From positions 62,001 to 126,000 of the forward strand of contig NMRA01000245.1 in NCBI GenBank assembly GCA_002633005.1: a DNA stretch of 64,000 nt, in the 5' to 3' direction. Below, one piece after another: positions 36,951 through 50,613 of the stretch. The DNA is from Phoronis australis (taxonomy: Eukaryota > Animalia > Phoronida). Each line of letters starts with the position of its first letter. Position 1 is the stretch's first letter. The position numbers were made by a program, and so were the translations under genes. The notes beneath the pieces are model-generated. The model saw only the letters and a list, made by a program, of their open reading frames with translations, did no database searches and was not told the DNA's origin.

Positions 36951-39900
36951 GAGGTTTATGATTCAGCCAGACCAAGAATAGTGAAGACACCAGTATCAAC
37001 CATGACAACAATGAGAACATAATCATCACCAAAATTGATAAAAGACTTCAAAAGCCAGGGTCAATCTACAAAAAAGCAAGAAATGCGGGTCGTCTGAAAT
37101 CCTCCAGCCACAGTACATCACTACAGCGCCATCTCGAGTCACATTTCTACCAAAAATAGCAAGGCGTGGGCTTAATTACAGAGTTACGTGATGCTGTGAT
37201 AGTGAACTTAATGTACATGGGTCTTGTGAATGACAGGAAGGTCTAGAAACCATGTGATTCTTAAACCCCAAGACGGCTCTTCCCGTAAAGCCTCTGAGAA
37301 AAGCGTACTTAGGATCACATGTGTGAACTTTTTGTCCATCAGGTGAAAAGTGTGACCTGTAGCGTGCAAACAAAAAAAGCAGTCTGAGGAGCGACACTTA
37401 GCAAAATCAAAGGAAAAACAGAGCTGAAGTCAACAAAACGCCGATGGTCACAAGCCGACGGCTACGATACCAACTACGTAAAGTAAATGGAAAAGCATGC
37501 TATCACATAGTTTGCAGAATACCTACCAAAGTCCATACAGATCACTAAAGACAAAGGACAGGCACCCAACAGATATATTGATAGACAACAAGAGAAAAGA
37601 CATGGTATAACGATGTCTACAGACATGTGTACACAGGCACTGGCATAAACAAGGGGCACACATTGGCCATGCTCTCCCTCTTGATTACAAAAAGTTCCGA
37701 TTATAATGCAATATACTGCTTTAATTTCACAATCTATTAAATCTGGCCACCTCTAATGAATACCTCTGGCTATGCCAATGCATGCCATTGCATAAAGAGC
37801 GAAAAATAAGATTCGGGATCAATGTATAACAACCTTATCAAATTTCTTTTAACAAAATTTTTAAGTTGCAAAGCTTGAAATTAATGGACACCAAGGTAGT
37901 AGATGTGTGACAATTTTCTATTTTGGCTTCTAAGTGCTTTCATAAGACTCACATTGGGAGTTTAAGAATACAAGTTCTGCCAGATTTTGTACAAAACATT
38001 TGTATTCATGCTCTAATCAACAGTGTTTGTGATTTTCTTAATTTGTAAACAAAAGGATCTTCCCATGAAAAAACAAAAATTACAGACTGCACAATAAGCT
38101 AGAAGTTGAGTTCAGATATTTATTCGGCAGTAAGAACACATAAATTTCATTAAATTTTTCTCGTTTATCAGCCATCACTTTTTTAATTATGACAATGATG
38201 GTGTTAACATATTTCATTGTAAACTCCAATACAGAACAGCTTCGACTTTCAAGAAAGATGTCCAGTTCAGCCATTTGATCAGCCTCCCAGACAGGAATCA
38301 TTCTGCGCTTATGTTTCGACTATAAATTATCTTTAATCAATGCAAACGTAAATAATTAGAAAGGAACATGATGTTCGAACAGACATTTAAGTATTAGATA
38401 TGTTAATTTTTATTGCTGCACATTTTGACTTTTCCTGCCAATTTTAAAAGCATTCTAGCTAAAATTTGCTTCCATGTTCCAAAGAATGTTTTTTATTACT
38501 GACATTAGTGATAATCTGCTGCTCTGCATTGTTGATATTTTACTAGTGCCAATGTAAATAGGCTTCATCTTGAAGTTGGTGTAAATAGACCTATATATTT
38601 TAAACATGATGTAGAAGAACTTAAACTTATAAAACCAGTGAACATTATTTCAATGATCAAGTCTGAGTCTAATACTGGAATTAAAACGTAAAAAATTAGC
38701 GACGTTGCGTCCGCATCTCACGGACTTCAGCTTGGCTTGTGACGTTATCGTTATTCTGGCCAATTGGTTTACTGTTTTCTCAACTGGATGACTCAAAATT
38801 TTCATGCTTTCGTTATTTCAATGACTGGGGACATCCGCAGTGTTCTACACAATAGATATGAACTTGATGGAAATTTTCACTTCTTGATGTACAGTACTTG
38901 GGAAGTTCAATTTTACACAACTGTGAACATTTTCTTATCTAAGGCCAAGGAGGAATTTCTTTACACCCATATGTTTTCAACTGCATATATTGAACTGGTG
39001 TTACAAGAGACTATTGCTCTTAGTGCAGAACATATGATAACTTTGAAAATCAAAGCTTTGTTTAGATCCAAAGTTTACTATGGAAACTATCTAGCAGTAC
39101 TTAAAGATTTGTATTGAGATTTTTTCAGGTTCCCTTAGTGTTATTTGACAAGCATATATAGTCAATTTAATTATCAATACAGTAATGCTGAAATGACAGT
39201 AAGGGAACAACTTGCACACAATTTGCTGAATTGCGCAGTACACATTGCATCATCAAAGATGTTCACAAACGTGCAAGGTTGGTTATCAGATTTTCTTTGC
39301 TGGGATGCCTTATGTGATTGAAGTCTCTGATAAATAATGATAATCACTCTTTAAAACACTGATCCTTTGTTTTTAATTTCTAAACAGAGTAAAGGAGGAT
39401 GTTCTGGTGGAATCTGCAATTTAATTTACAGCCACTTAGCTCGTGGAGATTTTATTGTGAAATAAGAATACATTTACGAAACTCCATGACCCGTGTTGGT
39501 GAAAACTATGGATGAATTGTTGAAAAATTGTGTTCGACTGATCACTCAAGGCAAGATTACTACTATTTTAGTGTGTGTGCTTTGGCTACTTTTTAGCAAT
39601 TGTAGTGCACCAACAAACATTTGTATGCGCCAATGACACCAGTACAGCACTCAGAATTGTCCCTTCAAGGGGTTTCAAAACACAGCTTCAGGAGAGCTCA
39701 CTAATGAGAATTGTGCTCTTTCTCAATCTCGACAGCCCATGTCAAAGGGTAGAGGGGACAGAGTGTGTTCAAGGTTATCAGTCTGTCTGGTAGTGCTACA
39801 GGACAAACTGCTCATTATGAGATCTCCATGTGATAAATTAATAATGTAATGTTGACTCACAAGCCCAATAACAGTTTTATTCAACACATGCACTTCGCAG

Positions 39901-42533
39901 CAGAGATGCCTTCAAGAAAACACCCTCAAAAGCATTGTCATGGACTTATAAAAGCACAAAGTCATAAGAACAATTCCTTAATTAAGACAAACGTCTGTTT
40001 TTGTTTCCTTATACACCTAAATTTCATCTGAAAACGCTGGTATGGGCAGCTGCCCTCAAAACATAGATCAAGATGGAAAGAACTTGGGATTACTCACTTT
40101 CAAAAATGGTTTACACTGAACTAACTTATTGTTACCAATTTCATTTTGCATAGACCCAAAGCTGCATTTACGCGAGGCGCATTGGGAGAGTTGACATGAA
40201 ACGGACAGATGATCGTGATCATGTATGTGTGTAAACCTAACCGACACAGAGAAAACTGAATCCGTAGTGGCCACTTTTGTCACTGGTTTGATGGTATCTT
40301 CAGCGAGTTGTATTTGATAAGTTGCTTGGGTGTCAGTTACATGCCTAAACATGCACCAAGTGGGGCAAGGCGGAATGGATAATCCCTATTGTGCTTGCAC
40401 AATAACATACACAGGTGATCGCATTGTTTAGGACATTCACTAATGTTAATGCCAACATACAAGACTGTCTTTGCATAACCGACCTCTGTGCTCATCCACT
40501 TTAATGCAACACAGTGACTTACAGGCAAGATCAAGTGGTTTTTGGGCAACTCAAAATAAGCAAGATAATAATAATCTTGACTGAAAGCACCAGAAAATCT
40601 CTTGAATTCACTGAAATGGATACACACCCATTTAACCAAGAATTCAAGTGTGATAAAGAGTAATTCACCATTTTGATGAAGTGGCAGTCATCTCAAGCTT
40701 ACACTAGACAAGAGTACAATTTCGAAATCTGCATGCTGTCAATGCGACTTCAAATTTTGTTTTGCAACCTGCTAAAAATCCCAGATCCATTTGGGGAAAT
40801 AATTGCGTGTGGACGATCTTGGGTACACCAGCCGGTATTTCACATCGGGTATTTCATTTTCTGCTTTTGTCAACAAGATTTTCTGACTTCAGTTCTCGAT
40901 TGGAAATCTGGCCATTGTATACTACCATGTTGCTCATGGCAAGTTCAAGTTAAACTAAGCAATGAGCCCAGAAGATCGATAATATTTCAGCAAAACAATT
41001 AACCGTTCATTCGAACTTCACACTTTTTATTTTCATTCATTTTGCAATATTTGTAATTATCATTTAAATAAAAGTAATAATTATGAGAGCCATTTGTTTT
41101 AGAGTGTAGATCACCACCTTCATGTTGTTGTCCAATTAATATTATTAAAATGGTTGAGTTCTCATGTCTCACAAATTTTATATCACCATTGGACGGTGAG
41201 GATTTTGTACAAAATCTAGTACACATCTCGCTTTAAATGATTTAATATGGAGAGATACAAATCCAGTTTTGCATCCAAAAACATTTAATGGATGGATCTT
41301 TTCCACATTACCTATGACTCATGGTGAAACTGTTAACTGGCCTACTAACAGGCAATCAACAAATGAGTGGTGTCAAAGCTCAGTAAGAAAAACATTTTCT
41401 TGAATCATTGGTGGCAAAAAACGTCAATATAAATAAAACAAGTTTGGACCAGTTCCTGATAGCATAAATGAATGATGGACTAAATTTGGTTCCCAGGTTT
41501 GTCATGTATGCACACACAAGTCTCATTGGCAAAACCTTGACGGAAATTGTACAGAATCCAGTAACGAATCACTGTTTAAGTGGACTTCAGATGACATGAT
41601 CCAGCAACAACATTATCATCAATAAAGCTCAAAGCATAGCCACAAGTTCAACAAACCTGAAAAACCGTTTATGCGTAGAATCCAGAGTTAGGTAGACCTT
41701 GTATCAGAATAGCTTAACTCGCAAGCAAGCCAAAGACTTCGGAATCAACAGCATGAGCTAAATGTGCAAATGACTTTTCCTAAATCCAGTCGAGTTACCT
41801 TTCCACAGAACTTTTCCCAAACTTAGATCAACAACAATCCATTTCTTCAGTAAAAATGATGATGAGAAAAGGCTAATAAAAATAAGCAAGAAATGAATAA
41901 ATCTTTTATCCAAACATTTACGCCACTTACAAAACTATTCAAACGCCAATTCATAAGTTGTGTCGATTGAAAAACGTAACCCACCTATATTGTGGATTAT
42001 TTTTTCAGCCATAAGGCACAAAACAATTTCAAAAAATAAATTTTGAAGCCAGGGTGTGCATTTGACTTTGAGTGCCAGTGATAGTCAAAACCAGTCACAA
42101 TGTTTCATAACATTGCTATTAAGAATTGTAATAGGCCTAACTGAAAAATTGACAAGGAATTTGGGAACTCGGTCTCTGGTGCTTGTGACTTTTAGTTAGG
42201 CCTAATTTCGGTCCAAAGACGAACTGTCGACATTTTGCGTCACAAATCGTAAGGCCTATCTTATGATGGGAATGCGATCATCCCAAATACATGATCAGTT
42301 TGTGGACACAGCAATTTCACACCCACAGAAAGCTGAAGCAATGTTTAGCAGGTCTTTATTGAATCGTTCAACTCGACTGCAAAGAGCTAAGTGCAAAATA
42401 AACGACCGGTGATGAAATGTCGGAGGAGAAACCGCAGAAATACACATCACTACTTTCGAAGAGTGTGATCACTTAAATTGAGATAACAGCGCACTTCGCG
42501 ATTTCTAAAAACCTTCAGAGCTATCTTACTTAC

Positions 42534-42536
42534 CAT
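42534..42536 (-). CDS. BOLL: boule first coding exon contributing only the ATG
   Basis: Minus strand reads aagtcATG|gtaagt (consensus donor), phase 0 into the SGEASP exon, which has no Met of its own. Confidence 0.7.
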
Positions 42537-42579
42537 GACTTATCTAACAAAACAGCAAAATCCAAGAAATAACCAACTC

Positions 42580-43095
42580 TAACGGCAACGGAACAAAACG
42601 ACTTAACGTCTAACAAGGAAGAAAAACGAGTAAAACCGAAGAGCTTTGGGATGGGATAAGACAAGACAGGAACAGTTTACAATGAACATCAAGGGGTGTT
42701 TGCTCTCCATCGCGCAACATTAATTGATTTAGTTCAAGGTACCACTAGTATGTTCCACCTTTTTTGACATTTTTTTAGTTTTTGATACAAAAAATTATGT
42801 AAAGTTTAAATACAATGCACCGCACAATGCTTAGTGAGCTCAAATATAGCATGCTGTCCACCCCTTTAATCAAGTGGCATCGCGAAATTCAAATTAGAAT
42901 CTACGTCATCAGTCGTCTGCTATTATAGTTTTCCCGCCGGTCATTTTTGCCCAATACCAATATTTTACGGGGTGTATTGTATTGTTATACGTCATGAGAG
43001 TAAAAAAAACATTTTCAGTCCCATTGACGGCACAACATTCTCAGTGTCACAACCGACGTGTAATCAAAGGTGTCTTCGAGTAATTGACGTAGGGG
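42580..43095 (-). promoter_or_regulatory. Putative boule promoter / 5'UTR region
   Basis: Lies upstream of the ATG exon; tandem YAACGG (MYB-like) at 42580-42591, TTTTCCCGCC (E2F-like) at 42929-42938, several TGACGT/ACGTCA half-CRE sites. Confidence 0.4.
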
Positions 43096-43336
43096 GTCAT
43101 CACAATATGGCATGGCATTTCTTAGAAGCATGGAACAATGTTGGAAGTTAGGGGGACGCCACTTCTCGTTTCCCTTGTATCAGTGTAATGGGGATGGTTG
43201 GAGAAAAGGTGACGACTAGAGGCAGGTCAAATTACTAGGGGTGTATACCTGACAGTTGCTAAGTGGCCCACAGAGACCTCAAATCAGGCATGAATTGGTG
43301 ACGACAGGGAGCGTCAGCAACAAATTGCGGGTAGGC

Positions 43337-43369
43337 CGGGGGGGGGGGGGNNNNNNGGGGGGGGGGGGG
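43337..43369. other. Poly-G tract with an assembly gap (6 N)
   Basis: G-run, NNNNNN, G-run. Confidence 0.9.
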
Positions 43370-45051
43370 ATTGGCGAGAAAGACACGGGCCCGAGAACAA
43401 TATGCCTAATATAATTTCTCTGTAAAACTATTGTTGTCCATGGGGCTATCATACTAGCGAACGGAAACAGGGATTTCCTTTAGTCTTTGTTGGCTTTTAA
43501 TAAGAAACTTTTAAGAAACAACTCGTGCGTAAACAAGATTTCCATGATGTAGGCCACTGCTCCATTGACCTCACCCTCGTGACGTGTGATAGACTACCAC
43601 AGGTTAGTTCACTGCCGATGCACAGGTCTCAAAACTAAAGGGGATAAGGTGACTTACTGTTGAAGGTTACAAACAAGGAAAAATACACTAACGGGGTGAG
43701 ATTTTTAGAACACCTGTGGGGAGGAAGGGTAGATGACCGAAGGGCAAAAGATCACAAATTTCAATTAGCACAGGCCGGGTCTGTAGAAAAAATAAAAACC
43801 TTATAAAAGTTGGAAACCAGCTCAGTTCGGAAAAGAATATCACTGGGATAGGCCAAACGAGGCCTACCAAGAAAAAGTATTCTTCGGTTCAAAAAAGCCT
43901 TTTCCTTATCGGTTTGCATGCCTGGCCAGCAAGTATGTGGACAAAATCAATAGAGGCGGCTATTAACCGAATAAGCGAACTTTTGATTTAAAAATAACTT
44001 ACTAAAACTGGTCTCAACCTACTCCTTTCTCCTATGAACAGTGGTTTATGGGTTTGCAAAGAACTGATGTTCGACGCATAAAATGACACGCCGTGACGAG
44101 CCAATAGTAGTGCATTGTCTCGAGCAATGACGCGCTATCTGTTCTTTGAACCCGTGAAATCATCCCCAAATTGACTAAGGAACAATTTGAGACCAGTAAG
44201 TGGTGTAAGCCAAAATGTAAGGCGAGTTCATAGAACGGTTTTCAAGGAAGGCGAGACCGGACTTCACTTTCAGTAAATTACGTACGAAGTGAACACTAAC
44301 ACTGAGATATTCAAGGACCCATCGGGGCGTTGCTGTCGATAATACGAGTTTCAGAAAGAAATCCGTCACTTTTTTCTCAACAGCCCTCTGGTGGGGTCAT
44401 GTAGAGTCTACCTACAGTGTAGACTTTGCTATTTGGGGAATATGACACATAATGTCCGGAATTTCATCAACCCGTTCATACGTCCAAATGCATCGAAATT
44501 TCCATTTCAGAAAGCGGCTTTCTCATTTGTCATAAGTTTTATTTAGGTTACCGGTACTTAAAATTAGTCTCTAGCTATGTCTTAGTTAAAAGGATACCAA
44601 ACCCGGTTTTGGCTACTAAAACTACTTTCCCGTCCTGTTCACTGAAACGAAATAATGCCCTGTAACCCTCGACAACTCTCAAAAGTTTGGATGAAATTTT
44701 GAAAACTCCTTTCAAAGTCTGGTAAAGGGCACGCGTTACCCACACTTCTTGCAAATTAAACGGTAACTGTGCCAAAAGACCACCCACCAAAGACAACAAT
44801 GTCCAATTTGTGAGACAGGGGGTATGACATTTTAGTTGATCCCTGCTTTTAACTAGTCTCAAAATTGACGCCACTGATCCATTACCAAGTGACAGAACCA
44901 AAATTGGTTGAAATTATTAATCATCAAAGCAGGGTTTAGTACCCGACGTGTACAATAGGTGTCATTTTGGGCTTGGGAAGAATTACTGTAACAGTTTGTT
45001 ATTTCTACCGGCTAAGCTCAGAATTCCATGAGCTTAGTTTCAGTGAAGAAG

Positions 45052-45262
45052 CAGTTGCGGATCTATGATATCATGGCGGGTTGAGGTCTGGAGGGGGGGG
45101 GTTCCCCAGGGTTGGATCTAGGATTTTGAGTTGGTGGGAGGGCAGGGCAGAGTATTAGCCATGATTTTGCCCTTCAGAATTTCGCACCCTGAACTGCCAA
45201 ATGGAATCTGAGAAAATTTTAGGGGGCCATGGCCCCTTGGCTTTCCCTTAAATCCGCCACTG
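45052..45262. mobile_element. hAT-like MITE (CAGTGGCGGAT-type ends)
   Basis: cagttgcggatcta ... taaatccgccactg; internal ggggccatggcccc; no target-site duplication recognised. Confidence 0.55.
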
Positions 45263-45828
45263 TCCCCCCCCCCCTTCTCCCAGGGGACTCGGAAATTTTT
45301 GTTTTCATTCCTCTGAAAACAACACTTTCCTTTATTTCTGAAGTATAATCAGCCCTCGACGGCTCTACTTTGACCAGGTGGCTATTTGCGACTAGCGCGC
45401 CAATCCCACGACTCAGATCGTATGCTGGAGTCCCACGTCGTCCCACGGGAAATTTTCAACTCGTCAAGTTGCCACTAAAAACGCCCTTGATTCTAGACTT
45501 TCACCTGCGTTGCTTAATTTTGCTGTCCCGATGGCGAACAGATACACAAGCATACACATAATTTATGTGGTCATGACGCATACTCAAATGACTTAGTCGT
45601 GTATGATAACAATGTGTATTAACATCATTTACTGGTCATCCAGAACGATTGACAATTCTTGTTTAAAGCATTTAAGCAGTTTAACCGCTATATCGCTGCT
45701 TGTGATTTAAAAATGGAAAATTCGTAAAATTGCAGCGACTCGAACTCACGACATATTGGTCAGAGCGCGCGTGCTCTTCCGTAGCGCCACCACCCTTGCA
45801 CCACAAACACCATGCTAAGAGACGCCTG

Positions 45829-46255
45829 TGCCCGGTTGCATGAAACAGTCCCAAACAGGGATTCAACTGATGTCCCTAAATATACTGCGTATTTTTGGAC
45901 TTGTGAAATTGCCCTTTTTTGTATTGTTTTAATTTCATTACTAAGTCAACTTTTGTCTTTGATACAAATCGAATGTGACCTCTACGTTGAATTATCAATA
46001 TTATCGAAAATAATTAGGGATCTTTTCATGCAACACCCCCAATTTAAGGACTGAGTCCCTATTTATTTTCAATGAAATCTGGACTCAGTTTTTAGTTATA
46101 TTATTAGAAAATTTAATTTACCAAAGAGGAGCTCATAATAAAGATGAAATGATAGAAAAATATTGCATCTGTGCGTCCATAAAGACACAAATGTGCAAAA
46201 AGACTTAGGGACCTTAGTTGAGTCTCTATTTGGGACTGTGTCATGCAACCGGCCA
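45829..46255. mobile_element. PIF/Harbinger-like MITE, copy A
   Basis: Inverted ends tgcccggttgcatgaaacagtcccaaa / tttgggactgtgtcatgcaaccggcca, flanked by CTG...CTG; second copy at 53829-54261. Confidence 0.85.
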
Positions 46256-47305
46256 CTGCCCCCCACCTAAATCCGCCTATGAGAAGCTACTGTCAGTTGT
46301 TCCCAAACCCGTAACTGAGTAAGGGACAAGACGAGTCCCAATTTTACGACGTCAAGAGGTCAAGAATACGAAAACTTGTGTCTTGGCAGGCATCAGTTTA
46401 ACACGGAAGCCCAATAGTGGCTTTTGGAAGTGGTAATTAAGTGGTGGCCGCTAGATAATTATGTAGCAGTCGCCAGTTAATAAAATATTTTCTTCACTTC
46501 AAAATGGCTCTGCTGGGCTTCTGTAAAATGGCATTACTGGGCTTCCGTAGTTTAATGCCGCTTTAAACAGGTTATTTAAATTTTGTAAATACACGATTTG
46601 TTTTAATTATTAAATAATTGCCGGAAGGCATTTGTGAATCAGGAATTTTAATTCATTTTCGTAGACGCATAAACGTAATACATTAGGTCAAAATCCCAAA
46701 TCAACGAACCCTTGACGACATGTTGGGTTAACAACTATATTAAAACTATGCCGTTTCTGCGTGTTTGGCATCTGTGAAAAATATCGGATTCCATAGATTT
46801 GCAGTTTTGAAACTGTCGGCTATCTTTATGTGTACTAGTAATAGACAAGTGATCTTCGTGTTTGCCAAATTTCCATTCTTTCGACTCCGTTCATGTTAAT
46901 GTCACAGTGTGGGCGGTCCAGGCTACAGACCTTGATGCTCCGGTACCTTGCTAATGTTTTAGGATTCTATTGGAAATCTCTATCTACTGCCATCGACACA
47001 AGTTCTTATTATAATCTTACGTTACCACTTTTCTATACGGCGCGACTTCTGCGTTTATATCTCTTTCGTATTTTCAATTCAATTGGATGTTGCGATGCTG
47101 TGCGTGTTTTACGTGCCAAATGCGCCTATACCTGGACGACCCCTTGGACGCAAAATCACTTCAAAAAACTCGGCGTTAGGAGCTTTATTTCAGGCCTGCG
47201 CCTGGTTAACACATGGTACCGTGCGATGGCAAACGAAAAAATTGCCTTATGCCAATCGCCCACTTTAAGATCACATCGTTTGGGAGAGAGCAGGTGCTTA
47301 TCAAT

Positions 47306-47488
47306 CAGAGGCGGATCTACAGGGGGGCTCAACCCCCCCGGGACAGGATCAAAAATAAAAATCGAAAAATAAAACTTCGCCGGAAAAACGAAGTCAGTTA
47401 CTAAAAACCACAAAAAATCTTCAGCTCGGCGCCTAGGATTCGCTCGAATACTAAACTCCCCCTTACTAAAAACGTTGATCTGCCACTG
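47306..47488. mobile_element. hAT-like MITE with a 5-bp target-site duplication
   Basis: cagaggcggatc ... gatctgccactg, flanked by TCAAT on both sides. Confidence 0.65.
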
Positions 47489-48386
47489 TCAATGTCAGAG
47501 CACCAAAACCCATGGCTTCTATTAGTGAGAGGCTCCTATTAGCGACCCAACTCCTTTCAGGAAGCTTTACGTTTGATCCATGCATGGCTTACGTGTAGAA
47601 GGTCCTACTCAGTTATAGTAGTCGCTTTGTATGGCTTAACAAAATAACAATGCAAAAAAATAAACCAGTTTTCCCCGATGTTAAGCCCGGTAATATGGTT
47701 TAGCCGTGAGGCAATAGTGACCATTAAGAATCAAGTTTTTCATTACTAACGGAAATTCCTCAGGTTTCACTTTTACTCTGTTCTTGAGCAGACTAAAACG
47801 AAAACTAAAAAAAAACTTAAATGTGCACGTCGAAAAACAGGCTTGTAGGGTCATGGGCGATGCAAGGTATAACCCAATTCACAACAGAATGCATAGATAG
47901 AAAACCCAGCTTTACCACAAAAATTATTGATACCACAGCTGGCATAGTGTTTTGTTTTGAATAGTTCATAAATCTTTACTCAACACTATTCCATCACTTT
48001 GCATGTCGATTTTATTTTTCAATATTTTCAGCCCTGAAAAGCCCGCAAAGTATCCCAGGGTGTTCAATGAAACCCCTCGTTGTAACAAGCTTGGAACACA
48101 GGAGCCTCGCTAAAAGAAATCATTACTACATGGACATCAAAACTGCAGCCTCAAAATTTTATATGGAGTTCAGCAATATTCAACTGTTGCAACAATTTTG
48201 TTGGTGCTGCAGAAATTAATACCAGATCACCAGATTCAAATGCTAATAGAGTCTGGGTTCCAGACAATTCATATTGATGCCTACGGGAGACACCCTTATG
48301 GGAGACACCCTCGTGTGCGTTTTCCTCACCCAAAAGGCTTCTTTTCGTTCACACAAAGCAAGAGGAACACCAATTAATTGATAAAT

Positions 48387-48392
48387 TTTATT
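48387..48392 (-). terminator. Probable KDM3 polyadenylation signal
   Basis: AATAAA on the minus strand about 1.4 kb after the stop, followed by GT-rich ggtgttcctcttgctttgtgtg. Confidence 0.5.
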
Positions 48393-49775
48393 AAGAATAA
48401 GTCAAAATTCTTTTCTAAAACAATCACAGTGGCAGCTGTCCAATTTCAATAACTAATTTGATGTCCACTGCTGTCCAACAATGTGAATCCATATAAAAAT
48501 AATCTATGAGAATCGCTCATTATGTACACTGTGATTTACATTCAGCCATACAGTAGCTTCTTTACAACCCAATTACATAACCCGCTGCTTTTTGCAAAAC
48601 CACTCAAAACGCAAGATTTCAAGCCAGTCTCTCATAACAAATAATAACCTGTGACTCTGTTGACAAAACTATGTCAAATTTACTAACCCCATACCGACTG
48701 GACACCAATGAAAGCACATCTGACTACGTACACCTATTGTGTAGAGCTGCTTAAAAACCAAATCTTCGTAGACAAGAATCGTCAACCAATAATTATCCGC
48801 AAGGTTCTACAAAACCTCCCTGTTTAACACGCAAAAATACGAGACTTACTTTCACACTAAACACGGAGAAAAAAGAAAAAATCTAGATAATTCCTGCACG
48901 CCTCACATGCTCAAAGGGAACATGAAAAATTTGAAAATTAGACTTTCTTAAAATATTGTCTGAAAACAGCAGAGACTCATTTAGCAAATCATCCGAAACC
49001 TCCCGCATTGTGATTGACTATATACAGTCTGTGTGTGAAAAGTATGGAGGAGTACTTAATTTCTTTTCACTGTCAATCACCCTTGCAGTCCACTGTGAGC
49101 TGCAGCAACAACTAGTCAATTTACAATCTTTGTACAGTCTTATTCACACTAAAATTTGTCTGTTTATAAATTATAACTCTGTACACCATTTACAATGTGA
49201 CGCAGTCGCCTAGGGACACGCCCAGTCACAGTTCAAGAAAAAAATACCATCAATATGCCCTACTGCAGCTAGCTTCACAACCAAAATAGTCTGTTTCAAA
49301 ATCCGATCAGGTCTAGCAGTAGTAGACAATGTTTTATACTAACCAATCCTACATTCTCCAAGTCGATTCCCAGGTGCCTTAATGGGAGGAAATCCCAAAG
49401 ACCAATTATAAACGTGGAGTTCTGGTTATTTTCAAATTGTATGAATTCACACACGATTTTCAATAATTCCGGTGCCAGGTTGGACTATTTACCTCAAGTG
49501 ATTTAACTGATAAGCATCACGCAGCAGCCTTATCCCGAAGGCTCAGTAATGCACAACGCAGGTCATCGTGGCTGAGCTTCAAACTATTTACAGCGCCATA
49601 TTTACACTGGTCACATATATACATACTTGTGTACACGCTAACCAATTCTTGCCAGCTAAATAATCCGGACTGTCAACCTTAGAATCATTTTACTCTGGCA
49701 ACAGCAACAAACGGCTAATATCATGTGAATGTACATCTACACTCGAAATGCGAGCAATGCATGACCTCTGATGGC

Positions 49776-50000
49776 TCAGTAATCCAGGTCACGCGTCGTC
49801 TTGGGGTCATTTGCATTGAGTACGGCGACGGCATCTTTAACAGCATGGAAAATAATGTTCTTCACCTGCAACTTATCCTCATGGTTGGAGTGAGTGTCAG
49901 AGAGCAGGCGGAACTCTTGTGTCATACGGAAACAGTGACTCAGGTGTTCAGGGGACACAAAGTCCTCCGCAACCTTGATGCAGCTGTGAAGGTTGCGAAC
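49776..50000 (-). CDS. KDM3: KDM3/JMJD1 histone demethylase, terminal exon
   Basis: ctgcag|GTT; [19 protein letters not shown]...[19 protein letters not shown]...*. Confidence 0.96.
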   Translation of the reverse strand, partial: VRNLHSCIKVAEDFVSPEHLSHCFRMTQEFRLLSDTHSNHEDKLQVKNIIFHAVKDAVAVLNANDPKTTRDLDY

Positions 50001-50172
50001 CTGCAGTAAAATTAATAACCATAATTACCATAAAGCATTACTAACATTGAATGGTACATTCATGCCTCCCAAAACAAGGCTATCGGTGAATCTGAAGGCA
50101 AAGAATGGACTTCCAATAACGGCAAAACTCACATTAGTTGGACACGCATACAACTTCAACAGCATATAGAAA

Positions 50173-50407
50173 TAATTGCAGGTGGTCTGGCACACGTTGC
50201 ACCAGGCGTGCGCAGGCTGCACATGTGGGCCCATTGCACTGATTACCGGAAACTATTTTTATGCTTTATTAACACATAGTGAAAACCGAACTGAGGAGCT
50301 AGAGACCTGACTAGAGCATCCAGCAGTGTACCCCAGAGGGACTCTAACACACCAGCTTGAGTACAGAAAATGGAGCACTTGTCCCACAAGGCCACACTGC
50401 TTCCTCC
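50173..50407 (-). mobile_element. tRNA-derived SINE (copy 2)
   Basis: Colinear with 4659-5110 but without the minisatellite; A-box-like TGGCCTTGTGG and a degenerate B-box on the minus strand. Confidence 0.7.
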
Positions 50408-50613
50408 AACAGCAGTATAGCCACTCTAGTTTCTGTAATCCCACCTTCAGATAAGTCTATGGAATCCCTCGGTCCAATCGGATCCAACTTGTGGAAGTGT
50501 TACTGTATAACTAAACCCTTTATACCATAATAGGCACAGCATAAATTAGAGTTTATCCAACAACTTCTTTTAAAAAAATTTCAGCACTAGTGCAGACGGC
50601 AGACTTGGCTCAC

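Noticed and set aside
46893-47372. 159-aa intergenic ORF
   Set aside because: No recognisable motif, its end lies inside a MITE, and no splice structure links it to a gene.
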